A stretch of 64,000 nt of DNA from Lytechinus pictus (lineage: Eukaryota): the NCBI RefSeq assembly GCF_037042905.1, contig NC_087252.1, positions 8,060,001 to 8,124,000 of the forward strand. Direction: 5' to 3'. Shown here one piece after another: positions 1 to 12,100 of this stretch; within the stretch, counting starts at the first letter, position 1; each line of letters opens with the position of its first letter. The notes under the pieces were generated by a model that did not search any database, was not told the DNA's origin, and saw only the letters and a list, made by a program, of their open reading frames with translations. The position numbers were made by a program, and so were the translations under genes.

Positions 1-372
1 CGCAAAATTGAACCCTAAACTGCACCTTTATTTCTTAGTGTGTATCGTTCATTACATCGTTATTATATCTATTACTTGCACACCCTCAACAACACTGTAT
101 ATATACAAACACCACAAAAACAGACATCCCTCATTACCCAGGGATTATAATTATAAAAGACACGCGCACAGCATCAACAGCACACACACAGACATGACAC
201 AGGGAGTATCACTCTCACTACACAATACATTCAATCGGTAAATAAAAAAAAAAATCATCAATATTGAAATTTACATTATTCCATGGAATTTAATCTCGAT
301 TCATATTTACATCTCTTCTCCAGATCAACGTAGCTTATGACATGATATCAATTATTTTCATTGCAACTGATT

Positions 373-1172
373 CTATTCAACAGTACCGATGTATAATGAG
401 AAGTTCTTACAAAGTTTCAAGATGATGGAAGATATACGAGGGAATCGTGTCTCCGACCAGTCAATGTTATAGCATTCAAGTTCTTTTATAAAAAAATGTC
501 TATGAATTGTTCTCTTTTCTCCGTACTTATTTCTGTACGCTGACACGGCAACATGAGGTAGTATGGCAACCAGGCAACGTCTGTAACTCTGTGGTGTTTC
601 TGTGTCCGCCAACAAGCTGTGGGAAATGATGAAATCCGTTGCGTCTTGCAGGTTTGTGGTGTCGATCGTTCCCAAGCGTTGACATTCTGGCATGGCGAAA
701 ATGATATTGCATTGTTCTGCGATCTTGCCAATGTTGTTGAAATCACAAGACAATTTCTTCATCACCGTGGACAGCACCTCTCTATCTAACGTTAGACAGA
801 GTCTGGTCGCCTTCTCCCTGCTTGCCCTTGCTATCTTGCCGGCAGCCTCTCCTTCCGTCCAAAAGACCGATACACTATCTGAAGTGTCAGCTCCATCCCG
901 TCGATGTGGCGTAGTAGGGTGCGGATGCGGTCAGACATCTCTGCTACCGTCATCTTCGGAAGGCTGATTTTTAGGTAACCCACAAAGCTTTATAGACAGT
1001 CCAACGTTTCCGGCTTTACCCACACGATGTGGGCTGTTTGAATGTAAAAGAGTTCGATGGGCCCCATATCCAGCTGACTGGTGGCATTCTCCACTTTCAC
1101 TCTCTCCTGCCTTAACCCTCTGTCCACTTCTATGAAATCCGACGTCCTCTCCACTGTCCACACCATCTCCAT
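373..1172 (-). pseudogene. Intronless degenerate ORF of unknown family (possible transposon or viral cargo)
   Basis: The frame of ORF 990-1172 (MEMVWTVERTSDF...ETLDCL*) continues past a single TAA as SFVGYLKISLPKMTVAEMSDRIRTLLRHIDGMELTLQIVYRS. After one frameshift near 860 it joins FWTEGEAAGKIARASREKATRLCLTLDREV and ORF 373-777 (LSTVMKK...YIGTVE*), about 265 codons in total. GC content is higher than the flanks. Family not recognised. Confidence 0.4.
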
Positions 1173-1419
1173 TGATCAACGTTATGTACTCCGTAAGGAG
1201 CATGAGTTTGATCATCTCTATATCTGTAGCTGTGGCATTTTAGTTCATGATCGGTCTCAAAGACCCTGGATGACTCTGGGTCATATAATAGCGTGGTGGT
1301 TGTGAATGTGTGTAAGGTGAAATTCAAAGCGTGAATGAAAATGCAATATATACATAGATATTAATTTGTTTAAATAAGAATGTACAGTAAATAAGTTAAA
1401 ACTTAACTTCTTTCTGCTT

Positions 1420-2672
1420 CTCAGTTTCACAATCAGCTGTCATGTCCTCAAATTGAGAAAGCAGCCGATTGCAGCTTGCCGGGGCCTACAGTAGTCAACG
1501 AGTGCACACTGTCTGAATACATTCTGTAAAAGGGTCGATGTTGTTGAAGTGATAAAGCCCCTCTCAAATTCTCTGATTAGCTGTACATGGTATAAAAGGT
1601 GTTAAAAACATGGGACATATACTTTATGGATAATTTTGTCTCGTGTAATGGTTTGCAAGAAAAAAAGAGAAAATATTATGTAAACTTTAATTAGAATCAA
1701 TAAACTGTTCAGTCTTCAGAATTATCATACAATAGAAATTGATTAATGTTTCACTGATTTGTGGTGGATGTCACAACCAAACACCATCTACGTCTTGCTT
1801 TAATCATGGTTATGAAAAATCATGGTTGCAAAAACCGACAAATCATCAATAGCATAACAGCAAAGAAAACAGTTTTACTGCCAAAGAATCGCAAAAAGCA
1901 TGATGACACTTTGTCACGGTAGTGTTGGTGTCAAAATGGCCCAGCCTATTTAGCATGTTTAGTGTGAAAACTTCATTACCTGATTTTCCTCTTTCAGAAT
2001 AGGATATTCTGCAAGGATAAGAATGTTCCTTGATGAATTGCTGCCTATGAGCATACGTTCTCTCCATCTTGTCTTTAACTGCGACAGGGTCAGGATTGCG
2101 ACGTGAAGCCAGCTTTTTCAATTCATTGATATGATGTCAAAGGCTGGCCTCATCCTCCCTTTGGTTTCAACATCATTTGTTACCTGTAAACACAACCAGA
2201 ATATGTATTAACAGAATAAAATGTTATATCAATACATAAATGCACCATATTTTGACACGAAAATGGGGCAAAACCATTCGGAAATCTACAACTTTAGATT
2301 TCAGCTGTTATAGATAAAACTAGAATGGTATATGGCATTCCCGAGAGATTTGTTTTCAAGTTAATAAGCAATTCCCTTATACAAAACAAGTTGCATTCGA
2401 TTCTGATGCTATCTCAAAGACTACTTTTAAAGCATAAGGAATTACCACAACAGGCAGCAGGTGTAATGGAGACCACATTTCTTTCGTAGCCTCTGATGGA
2501 AGATGGGGAATTAATTTCATCAGGAAGTCTATAAACCTTTTTCCTAATATCAGCGCAGCAATAGTCGAACGATATGCCTTGAAGTTTAGGAAATTCCCTC
2601 CGAAGCGCCTCACGAAAGTCTGCTCTGCTGACCTAGACAGATTCACATGGACTTTTCTAGATGGAATACCAC
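1420..2672 (-). pseudogene. Decayed spliced gene, SAMD3-like (transposon-associated type)
   Basis: Exon-like blocks with AG acceptors and, for the first two, GT donors: ~2672-2445 (GIPSRKVHVNLSRSAEQ/FREALRREFPKLQGISFDYCC), ~2183-1980 (GEDEASL*HHINELKKLASRRNPDPVAVKDKMERTYAHRQQFIKEHS/ILAEYPILKEENQ), ~1580-1440 (LIREFERGF...). The KM..T..HR..FI..YP.L..LI.EF.R pattern resembles SAMD3-like proteins. Contains stops and frameshifts. Confidence 0.5.
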
Positions 2673-3118
2673 CTATAAAAAAAATGATGTAGAACTAAAA
2701 ACAAGAAGAGAGCTATCTTTGATGTCAAAGTTCACAGGCGAGCCAGGCCGTGTACATTGTATGCCGTGTACATGTCCAAACAACAATTGTTCGCACAAGC
2801 GCGCTGAAAATAAGGCTTGTGATTGGATGTAAGTGGATACGCGAAGAAAAAATGCTCAGATCTTATTGGTCAATGCAAGGGATATCAATTGTATATTTGC
2901 TCGGAAAATTGTACATGGGGGTAATGTTCACTGAACTCTACGAACAGCCAGTGTGAAAAGGAGTGAAAGTTCACTCTTTTATGGGTGAAAGTTTATTCAC
3001 TCTGTCGGCAAGTTGAATTATTCACTCAATTTTTTTTAGAGTAGAGCCAACTCCAACTGGTAATTGCAATTAATGCAACTCTGTAAACATCAAAGGTATC
3101 TTTATTTGATCCAATCAG

Positions 3119-3301
3119 GTGGGTGTTTTATAAAGCTGTGTGTAAGTTAAGAGCAACTTTAAGAATGACTGTTGATCCTTTCTTACATGCTAGATAATCA
3201 CCAGTGAACATTTAATGGTGGATATCATTTACCATAAAAAAAGGTTCACCAGTCGTTCTTAAAGTCACTCTTAACTTGCAAACAGCTTTATGAAACGGCC
3301 C
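3119..3301. mobile_element. Palindromic ~180-bp MITE family A (Harbinger-like, CWG TSD), copy 1
   Basis: Long TIR ataaagctgt..gtaagttaagag..actttaagaa; CAG flanks. Further copies at 23614, 47883 and 58071. Confidence 0.8.
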
Positions 3302-3904
3302 CAGAAGCACCCATTTTAGACTTGTTAAAGGTTCACTTTGCCCCTTGAGTGACATCCATATTTGATTATTTGATTCTTATGAGTATTTTAGGTCATTTCT
3401 TGTGTATTAGGTGTCCATGTATACTGTTTTGAATTTCTTATAGGAATTTGATTGTACATTGTCATAGGATGTGTCGCAAGATTGTTGATTGATTTCTATT
3501 GTAATTTATACTTTGATCAGTAAAGATTGAAAGAAAAAAAAAGTGTTAAACAGCCAATCAGAATCAAGGATTCCCCTGAAAGCTAACTTTGCATGTCAAA
3601 GGTTTTAGCATAATGGAACTTTTATGCAATGGGGTTTCGAGCAATAATCAGTAGATAAATCATAACAGTGGATTTGTTTAGAACCAGTTTACCAATATCA
3701 TGAGAATTAGTGTTTTGATAGATTTCAAGTTAGAGATACATGTATATCCCATTGAATGGCTAAAATTATGCACATATTCTTATTGTATTGTTATCTTTTT
3801 ATTTGTTTGGATTTGTCTTGATTTGTGTCATATTTTTTCGGGGTAGTGCTGCATAATTTAATGACTTGTATTGCCATAAAATAATTGCCAATCGTAAAGG
3901 TTTA

Positions 3905-4235
3905 TTTTCAATTCGTCCAGTTACCAACTCGTCTACTATCATTTGTTCTACCATCAGTTCGTCCACTATCCACATTGTCTAATTGTCATTTCGTCCTTTC
4001 GCCATTTCGTCTAATAACCAGTTAGTCCAATAGCCATTTAGTCCGTATACCATTGGTCTAATTCGGCAAAGTGAATGAAAATAAAATAGATACTAGATCA
4101 ACTGATTATGAGACCAATTGGTTATTGGACCAAATGGTTGTTAGACGAAATGTTGGACAGAATAGCATTAGACTAAATGAAGGTAGACCGTGTGATGAGT
4201 GGACGAGTTGGCAGTAGACGAATTGGCAATTTACC
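3905..4235. mobile_element. Palindromic MITE built of tcgtc/gacga and gacca/tggtc subrepeats
   Basis: Left half ttcgtcc/ctcgtct repeats are mirrored by gacgag/gacgaa repeats on the right. Confidence 0.55.
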
Positions 4236-4725
4236 ATTGTATGTAGTTCATCATTTACTTCCATTGCAATATATCAACACCTGTATTTCTTGTTAGTTGA
4301 TGTTGTATTTGCCAAGAAAATGTTGAGATTACAAATTTATGATTGCTGAATAAATACATGAAAAATAATTTTTGTGAATGAACATGTTGATTTTATTCCA
4401 TGATTGATTTTGTATGGGAGTGGATGGGGGTCTTAAATTTTAGAAAAGGGGGATGATCAGCTGGGTTATCTACAAGCAGCCTACTTCTCAGATAGTCGAA
4501 TAACACAATGCTACACTGGCCACCCTTTCACACGATAAAAAAAATCGTAATTTGAATGATTCCAGTGAAAAACAAGGCTAAGGACGAATATTTAGCACGT
4601 GTGAAACCAAACTAGAACAGGATTAGAATAACGAACGCTAATCTCAGTCACGATTGCAATAGCAATCATCATTACAACGATGATTCAAGACTCACGTGTG
4701 AAGAGGCCCTTGGTCTAACTACTTA

Positions 4726-5106
4726 TACCCCTTTCATAAACCCATCCTCCAATTAGCCGCCTAAGAGTAATGCGGATAATTCAATAAAAATTGCGTTCAC
4801 AAACTCCGAAAATAATCTGCACTATTTTTACGAGCGCCCGTCCTGAAAAAGGCGGATAATCGTCATGGCAACCGCACACACCCCCTCCGATGCGGTTGTG
4901 TTGGAAAAGGGTGACCTTGTGACCGCACCATGGCAATTATCCGCATTACTTTGGAAATGCGTTCATAAAGTCAAAATCTGGTCCCGATGCCGCTATTATG
5001 CGGATAATTGCAGCATCAAAATAATGCGGATAACTCTGGTCCTCCTCCGATTTTACGACCAAATTATGCTGCTATTAGCCGCATAATTGAGTTTATGAAA
5101 GGGGTA
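4726..5106. mobile_element. MITE, Harbinger-like (TTA TSD)
   Basis: TIR tacccctttcataaac / gtttatgaaaggggta, flanked by TTA on both sides. Confidence 0.8.
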
Positions 5107-6179
5107 TTAGTCTAAATCTTGTTATATTAACAAATTTGCATTAAAGCAGTTTAAAGCTACTGAAATCAATCACTCTGATTGGCTGGTAATATTCTTGTTT
5201 TAGAAACTGTGTTACTATTTCAAGTCTTTGTGAAATTGGGCCCTGCATAGGATCTAGATGAAATATTGAGAGTTTTGATGATTGTGGTTATTGGTAGGAA
5301 TATTTGTTTGATTTGATTTTGATGGGAGTGTGATGGTATAATAATGTTGACGCTTGTGGGGGAAAAGAGATAAAAACGGAAGAAGGCAGAGAGAAAGAAA
5401 TGGTGGGGAGGTAGAGGAGAAAAATAAAGAATGAGAAGGCCAGGAGGAGATTTATAATAGAGGAGGGGGTTCTCGGGGGCGAAGACATTGTGAGAATGAT
5501 TGATATGGAATACTCGATGGGCGGCTGCATGATTAATATATGTCGAGGGCTTTAATGTGAATATACCGTGATAAGGGGCGGATCCGAAATTTGGCAGAGG
5601 GTTTGGGCACTTTTTGTCAGCAAAAATATTGACAAGACTACAGTATTTCATTATCATTTACGCTAACACCCCCCCCCCCCCCCAACTCGACATTCACTAT
5701 AACATTCAATTGCGTTTCCGCGAAGTTATATTTTTTCCTCCAGTGCCACCATAAAGATTGCTTCTCTCCCCCCTCCCCCCCAAAAAAAAAATCACCGGCA
5801 CCGCGCCCCTATAGAAATCAAATTTGTCTTACCTAGCCTATGATGAGCTGCGAGATAAGGCATTCAAAAGGAGGATATATTTTCAATCGAGCTTGTTAAG
5901 AGCAATTGAGTCAAAAGAAAAAAATCAATAATCCTTTCAACGCTACCTCAAAGCAAGGTCTGGTCAAAATGAATTCAGCAAAAGCCGCACATTGTCCTTG
6001 TAGATTCTGTCGGTCAAAAAGGGTCGTTTTGTTTACCAGGTGTTTGGGTGTTTTGCATTATTAATTACATCTCTAACAAAGTCCAAGTTCGATTGATTAT
6101 GCGTCTGTATAATAAATTGCCTTGGAAAATTAAGCTACCTCGATAATACGGGCCTTTATTAGAGGCCCAACCTCTCCAG

Positions 6180-7015
6180 TGACAAGACATTGCTCCTACG
6201 ACAATAATTGCTCCGGGCTTATTTTCGTCTAAGATGTAGGGTTAGGGTTGTAATATGGTAAGGTTTAGGGTACGATATAGTTTTAAACCCAGGGACAGGT
6301 TGAAATTGGCCATTCCATTAGTGTGTGGAATTTAGAGCGGAGTAATAGACCAGTTCGTAGTTACTTCATGGACAATTTTGGTCAAATGACCTTTCATGTC
6401 TTTCATTAAGATAGGCAGATTTCAAAGCAAAGTATTACGTATGCATGCCTTACATAGCGGGATGAAGAAATTGAATAGACCGGGGGTGGGGGGAGGGGGT
6501 GTTTCATGAAAGGACTTGTAGGACGTTTTATCCGACAAGTTCTGTTTTATCCGACAGCTACTATGGTAACAGTGACTTTCAGCCAATCATTATCAAGGAA
6601 AGTTGTCAGATCTGACAACTTCTCGGACGAAAATGTTGATGGAACGCCCCCAGGTGACTAGAATAGCAAATCAATGAACACCCTATGAAGGTATTTGTTG
6701 CACTTCTACTTTGAATGCATATTAGAGGATGTTGTACCGTTAATAGCTCTATGGTTGTACAATGTACTAGGCAAACTGTGAAATATACCAGTCTTTCGTG
6801 GACGCTTTTTTTGTGGATCTGATTGAAAAACAAAATTCAAAAGAATATATGAATAATCAAGACATCGAAGTTTGTGCTTATCTCATTAAATTTTAAACCA
6901 CTATGTCACTTTAGTACAAATGACCTTCCTCTGATCATGCGTAGAATCCTTCGATCATGCGCAGAGTGGAACTACGAACTGGCTTATTGTCGCCGGAGCA
7001 AATGTCATGGAACCA
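6180..7015. mobile_element. Three-level nested transposon stack
   Basis: An outer repeat (also seen at 33865-33995 and 48430-50118) is split by an element at 6347-6984 (TIR ccagttcgtagtt / aactacgaactgg). That element contains a ~160-bp MITE at ~6495-6652, related to 42165-42325. Confidence 0.65.
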
Positions 7016-7493
7016 CTTATCCCTAGTAATCGGATTTTTTTTCGAAAACGACCTCTGGGCTGTGCTAAGTGCGACGTCGATTGATAGATTAATTGATCTA
7101 ACAATCTTATTTTGTTTTATTATAAACCTTTTTTGATCAACCTTTCCAAGACAGTAGTACCATGCTCAATTATCATAATCAAATAAACACTGTATTAATG
7201 AAAAACTTAAAACTCGTCTGGATTTCGTATTCACGCAAATTTTTGTACCGGAACAGACATTTCAGGCGCAAATTAGCTTTTTTACAATAGAGTCAACCGT
7301 CAGTCCACTTGTTCCATCGGCTCACCCCTCCTTCACTCGCATTGCTCCCTCAATTGTTTCCGCTCATCCCCAGTCCCCTTGCTCCCTCATAATAATTACC
7401 CCCGCCCTCCCCATCTGTCAATCACGGCACCTTTATGTTATAGCAAGGAAGATGGTAATTATAACAAAAATTCTCATTGCATGCAGGTTAATA

Positions 7494-7732
7494 CACTGTA
7501 AAAACTGCGGTGTTAAAACTGACACCAGTTGGTGTTAATAGAGGACCACACCCCGAGGTGTTAAAATTACACCCTAGAGATTAAAAATAACACCAAAGCG
7601 TGTAAATGTAACAACCAAATGTGTTGTAATGACACCTATAGGTGTAACACTAACACCACCAATTCAACACCGGTGTAAAATAACTGGTGTGGTCCTCTAT
7701 GTACACCGGTTAACACCACGGTTTTTGCTGTG
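7494..7732. mobile_element. EnSpm/CACTA-type MITE
   Basis: CACTG...CTGTG termini, TA flanks, internal ttaacacc repeats. Confidence 0.7.
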
Positions 7733-7941
7733 TAATAAATCATAAATCCCCACCCCCATGCTTATGTGACATGTAGGCGAGAGGGAACCAAACTAAGAAA
7801 TATATTTGTATTTTTGATATGAATATTACTCTAGTACCACTCTTCTGGATGGAAGCCTCCTATTTCAACAATGAATTCCAGAAAGGTTGTAATTATATCT
7901 TTAATTGAATGAAATTGAATGAAATAATGAGAATCGACCTG

Positions 7942-8211
7942 GGCCCCGTCTTACAAAGAGTTACGATTGATCCGATCAAACGTAACTCTATGGAAATCCA
8001 TCAGTGTCATAATTTTTTCTACGAAAAACTTGCACAATATCCTCTGTAAGCAAAGAGAAGCGCAGCAAATTTTCGAGAAAATAATGAGTGCATGAATATA
8101 CATCATAGCTAGAAAATATTTTGAACAAACATGAATAATACATGGTGACGTTGCTGGCCGTCCATACTAACGAGTGATCGGATCAATCGTAACTCTTTGT
8201 AAGACGGGGCC
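7942..8211. mobile_element. MITE, Harbinger-like (CTG TSD)
   Basis: 37-bp TIR ggccccgtcttacaaagagttacgattgatccgatca; CTG duplicated on both sides. Confidence 0.85.
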
Positions 8212-9061
8212 CTGATCTATATTTTGCCTCTTCTGGTGATATGCTTACACAATTTAGGGGTCATAAATCAGCCCCACCCCCCCCCCCCCAAAAAAAAAAA
8301 AATCCCTGAATATACAACTATGCATGCAAGTAAACATGCATGTAGGCTGCAAAGTTCTAGAGTGTACGTCAATCCGGGACGTCAATATTATTCCTGTCAG
8401 GACACAGTCGCAATGTTGGAATTTAGGCCCTAATGAATTATATTAAGCAAAAAACCTTAACAACTAGTTATACATGTTCCGCATTTCCGCGGATGAAACT
8501 ATAGCAAATATGAAACGCACCCTGTTTTAGTTTGGAGATATCAAATAATCAACTTTGTTCGACGATTGTCCACGTGACCGCCGCCCAATGAATATTCATA
8601 CACCACTTAGAGGCCTTAGCAACGGACCCACACAACGCACACAATAGAACACGGGTCGCTGAGCCTTCGCTGATTGCTGTTGGTAGTAACAGGTGTATAG
8701 CGTAGCAAAAACTATTCATCGGCTTGTAAACCCGACCGCGAAACATAATTGCGACTCGTGTAACATATATATGTTTCTTGGGTATATTTTATCCAATTTG
8801 CACTATTTTTCTGGCTAATATCGTTGCCTTATTCCAAATATTAGTTTAAGCTGAATTTCATCAAACAAACTGTTCATTCGGATTTATTTGACGGACATTT
8901 TTACTAGTAGGGGAAAGAAAGAAGACAATTTAGCGAAGCTTGTTCGTGGGACGGGTACCACTCTTGACCTCACCTTCAACGGGGAACCGCTGCCAGCGAT
9001 CGACTCCAATATCAACACTCAACGCGTGGAAGTATACTCCATTTGGGACGTCCGATTACAA

Positions 9062-9075
9062 ATTACTATGGCAAC
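9062..9075 (+). promoter_or_regulatory. RFX X-box-like motif upstream of the SAXO-like gene
   Basis: ATTACTATGGCAAC is one mismatch from GTTRCYATGGYAAC and lies ~105 bp 5' of the ATG of a ciliary gene. Confidence 0.5.
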
Positions 9076-9178
9076 GAACCCAAACTTTGGATTCTTGGAG
9101 AATTGAATGAAGGACGTATCGTGACTTTGGAGTGTGTTAGTTTTGTATTTATATTTTGGATAAAAATCGTGAGACAAG

Positions 9179-12100
9179 ATGCCTGCTTCGAGAAATGTAG
9201 GAACTGCGGGGACAATTGACACTGAAATTCTTAACATGGAATTCCCAAGATTTACAAAGATTAGTGAGATCTGCGAATGCGGGTGAGTATTTATGGTTTG
9301 TTTTCGATTTTAATGTTTGATAGATGTCAAGTGGTAATTTTTTATTATGTGTTGTTTTAGTTTTTGACATTTCCCAAACAATACTTGTAATGTAACCCAT
9401 TTCATGTAAACCCTTATCTTATATTCCCTTACTCCACCACAAAGAAAAAATATCGAAATGAAAAAAAAAAACAGAAGCAATAAGCAAAACAAATTATTTT
9501 GTTCAAATTCTTGTTTAGATGTTAATTCATGCCGGCACGTGCAGACATCGAATTTCAAATTCATATCTGAATATAATAATGGCATATATGGATATTATCA
9601 AAAGTAAATTGTCCCATGCACTGGAAATAATCGGATATCATATATTGATATTTGATAAATTGATAAATATTGAGTTGTCTTCATTGTTTATCAATATTAT
9701 GTCAGCACCCTTTAGTATTTTCATTTGATAACTGATTAAAATAATTATTGTCTGCGAAAGGACCTAGATAAGAAATGAATTAATACTGTGTATAAACTCT
9801 TGAGCAAGTTGTTGGAGTGGTTCCAATTTTACCAAATTTTCTGATCGAAGAGTGACAGAATTCATTTTAACTACATACATTTTTTCACAACTTTGTGTCT
9901 TTGCTTCAAAAAGAAATTTGAAACAGTGTGGAAAAAAAGTTTTTGATAAGATGTACAAGATCGTGTATTCCTGTGTTTAATTGAGGCTATAATCAATGAA
10001 TAATTCTATATCTTTTCTTCTTCAAAAGTTATCTGAAAAATTATTCCCAAAATGTGGGGGAAAACAAACAAATGTTTCCCTCCAGATGAATTCCCGGAAT
10101 ATTATCATGACCACTGCTACAATTACAGTCAATCCACCCCCATCTAATTCTAAGATAAACTGAAAATGTAGAGTATTGAGAGAAAGGGTGTGTATAATTA
10201 GTTATGTTTAGGTTTGATGGGTAAAAAAAGATAAATTTAAGCAATGTTTCATTGGCAACCCTTCATAATGCGTAAAGTTAATGTTATTTTATTCATCAAC
10301 AGTGCAAATTCTTCTTAAGCCAGTTGTGTTATTTTTATCTTTTCGTTTTCATTACCAGTAATTGAAAACAGTCACAGAAGTTTTAACCAACATTCTAAAA
10401 AAGAATCAAACAACTCAAACTTGAAAAGACATCAAATTGTTTATGTAGTCAGAGGTGCACTTTCATGTATTAGAATTTCTATAAAAGAATGACTAGATTC
10501 TTGTAGAAAATAATATTCGTAAATAACAAGATTCTTTTCATTATTAAGTTGAACAAAAACTAATGGGAATTAAAAAGAACAAAATATTGATATATTTAAG
10601 CAATTAGTAATTTTGACCATATTTGCCGGTCGGACACATATTTCTGCAGATCTGACATGAACAACTTGACTGAAGTACATGTAAAATAGGTTAAACAGGG
10701 GGTTGGTAGTTCCACATGTTCATGGAGGAATAAAACTTTCATTGGTTCACACGACAATGAGGAAACAATTGAAATATTTCATATAACGAAATACAAAAGA
10801 AATAGTGAGTGGTGTTATCATTCCCCTCATTTGCATGCCGACCAGGATGTACATATAAATGTTTTGTGAATTTAAGCAAAACTTTAAAATGTCATAACTT
10901 AATTTTACATCCGATTTCGATGAAATTTTCAGTGTTATGCTTTTTTTTCTCTCTTTTTACTCAATTTAACTTTTTGTTGGAGTCGACCTGTCCTTTAAGG
11001 GTTGGTTAAACATTTGTCAGTAAGTGTAATCAATTATACTTCACGAATGGGTTTGTTCTTTAAACAAAAAACGCGCCCTGAAAAATCACCACTGAACGTA
11101 GTGGTATATAACATTCAAAGAGGAGCTAGAATGTTTGAGTTGACTTGTAAATTTGATTCTGTTTGGTGTCAGCGTCAACTTGTCAACGTTCAATATTTGC
11201 TCTATCAAACTCTAGTAATTCTCTCACATTATGTACATGTACATGCTTGTATTTAAGCCTTGAATTGATTATGTATTAGCCGTAATGCATTAACCAGAAC
11301 AAAACGTAGCAATCACAACGACAAAGAGAAATAAGGAAATCAAAGAATGAAAAAAAAATTGCAGAATTATTTTTCTCCATATTGATAAAAGAAATGTGAC
11401 ACATTTTCGTTTACTTCATACGATGTTAAATTACCTTATCTATAAACCACGTCGACATGGTTGCAGAATCACAATTTTTGAAAGCCACGCTCAATAGAGC
11501 AACAAATTTCAAGGGGACAAAATTTATTGTTAAAATTTACATTTTTGATACAAAAATCTAATTTTTCAATAGATTTTGACATGATATTCAAAAAGTAGTC
11601 TAATATTTCACAATTTTTCCTTTATTTTTATTTCCCTTATTTCTTAGTCGTGAAGATTTTGGGGTCCAGCATTTCCACCAAGACCCCACCCCCCCCCCTT
11701 CCGTCTGTACGCCAGTAATCATGGATAAACCATGATTTCTTAGGAACATGACTTTGATAGGGATTTAGTTTTATAATTCGGGTTTTCTGGTCGCCATGTC
11801 AATAGGAAATGTCGCTCAAACTGGTTGTCGTCGGTGCAGTGAATGGATACAAAATACATCACCTGCTCGCCATTTCCGGTTCACCTTGATGTCATTGTGT
11901 ACATTCAAAAGAGGGCACTGCGTAAAGGCATTCTTAATTAATCGATACAAATTTTTTTTAATGTTACCATTTTTTATAAGATCCTCCGGCCCTTTATAAG
12001 AGCCTATAGTGGATGCGTCCAACTCGTCTTCTTCTGATCATTGAAAGAATAATCTTTAACTGACGTTTTAGTATTTGAGAAATCATCGTCATCATCATAA

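Larger units (their letters stand above)
1..3042 (-). mobile_element. Probable terminal part of a large EnSpm/CMC-type element; other end outside the window
   Basis: The minus strand at ~3042 reads (t)ACTCTAAAAAAAATTGAGTGAA, followed by short subterminal TTCACTC/GAGTGAA repeats (2950-3040). This resembles the CACTCT terminus of the EnSpm-type MITE at 22719-22925. The decayed ORFs lie internal to it. Confidence 0.35.

Noticed and set aside
6237-6250. Interstitial telomere (TTAGGG)
   Set aside because: Only ~2 units, and part of a dispersed repeat also seen at 49196.
7494-7732. CRISPR-like array of short repeats
   Set aside because: Eukaryotic context; irregular subterminal MITE repeats with no constant repeat-spacer period and no cas genes.
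8888-9106. 72-aa ORF upstream of the SAXO-like gene
   Set aside because: TTG start, overlaps the promoter/X-box region, no splice or family support.
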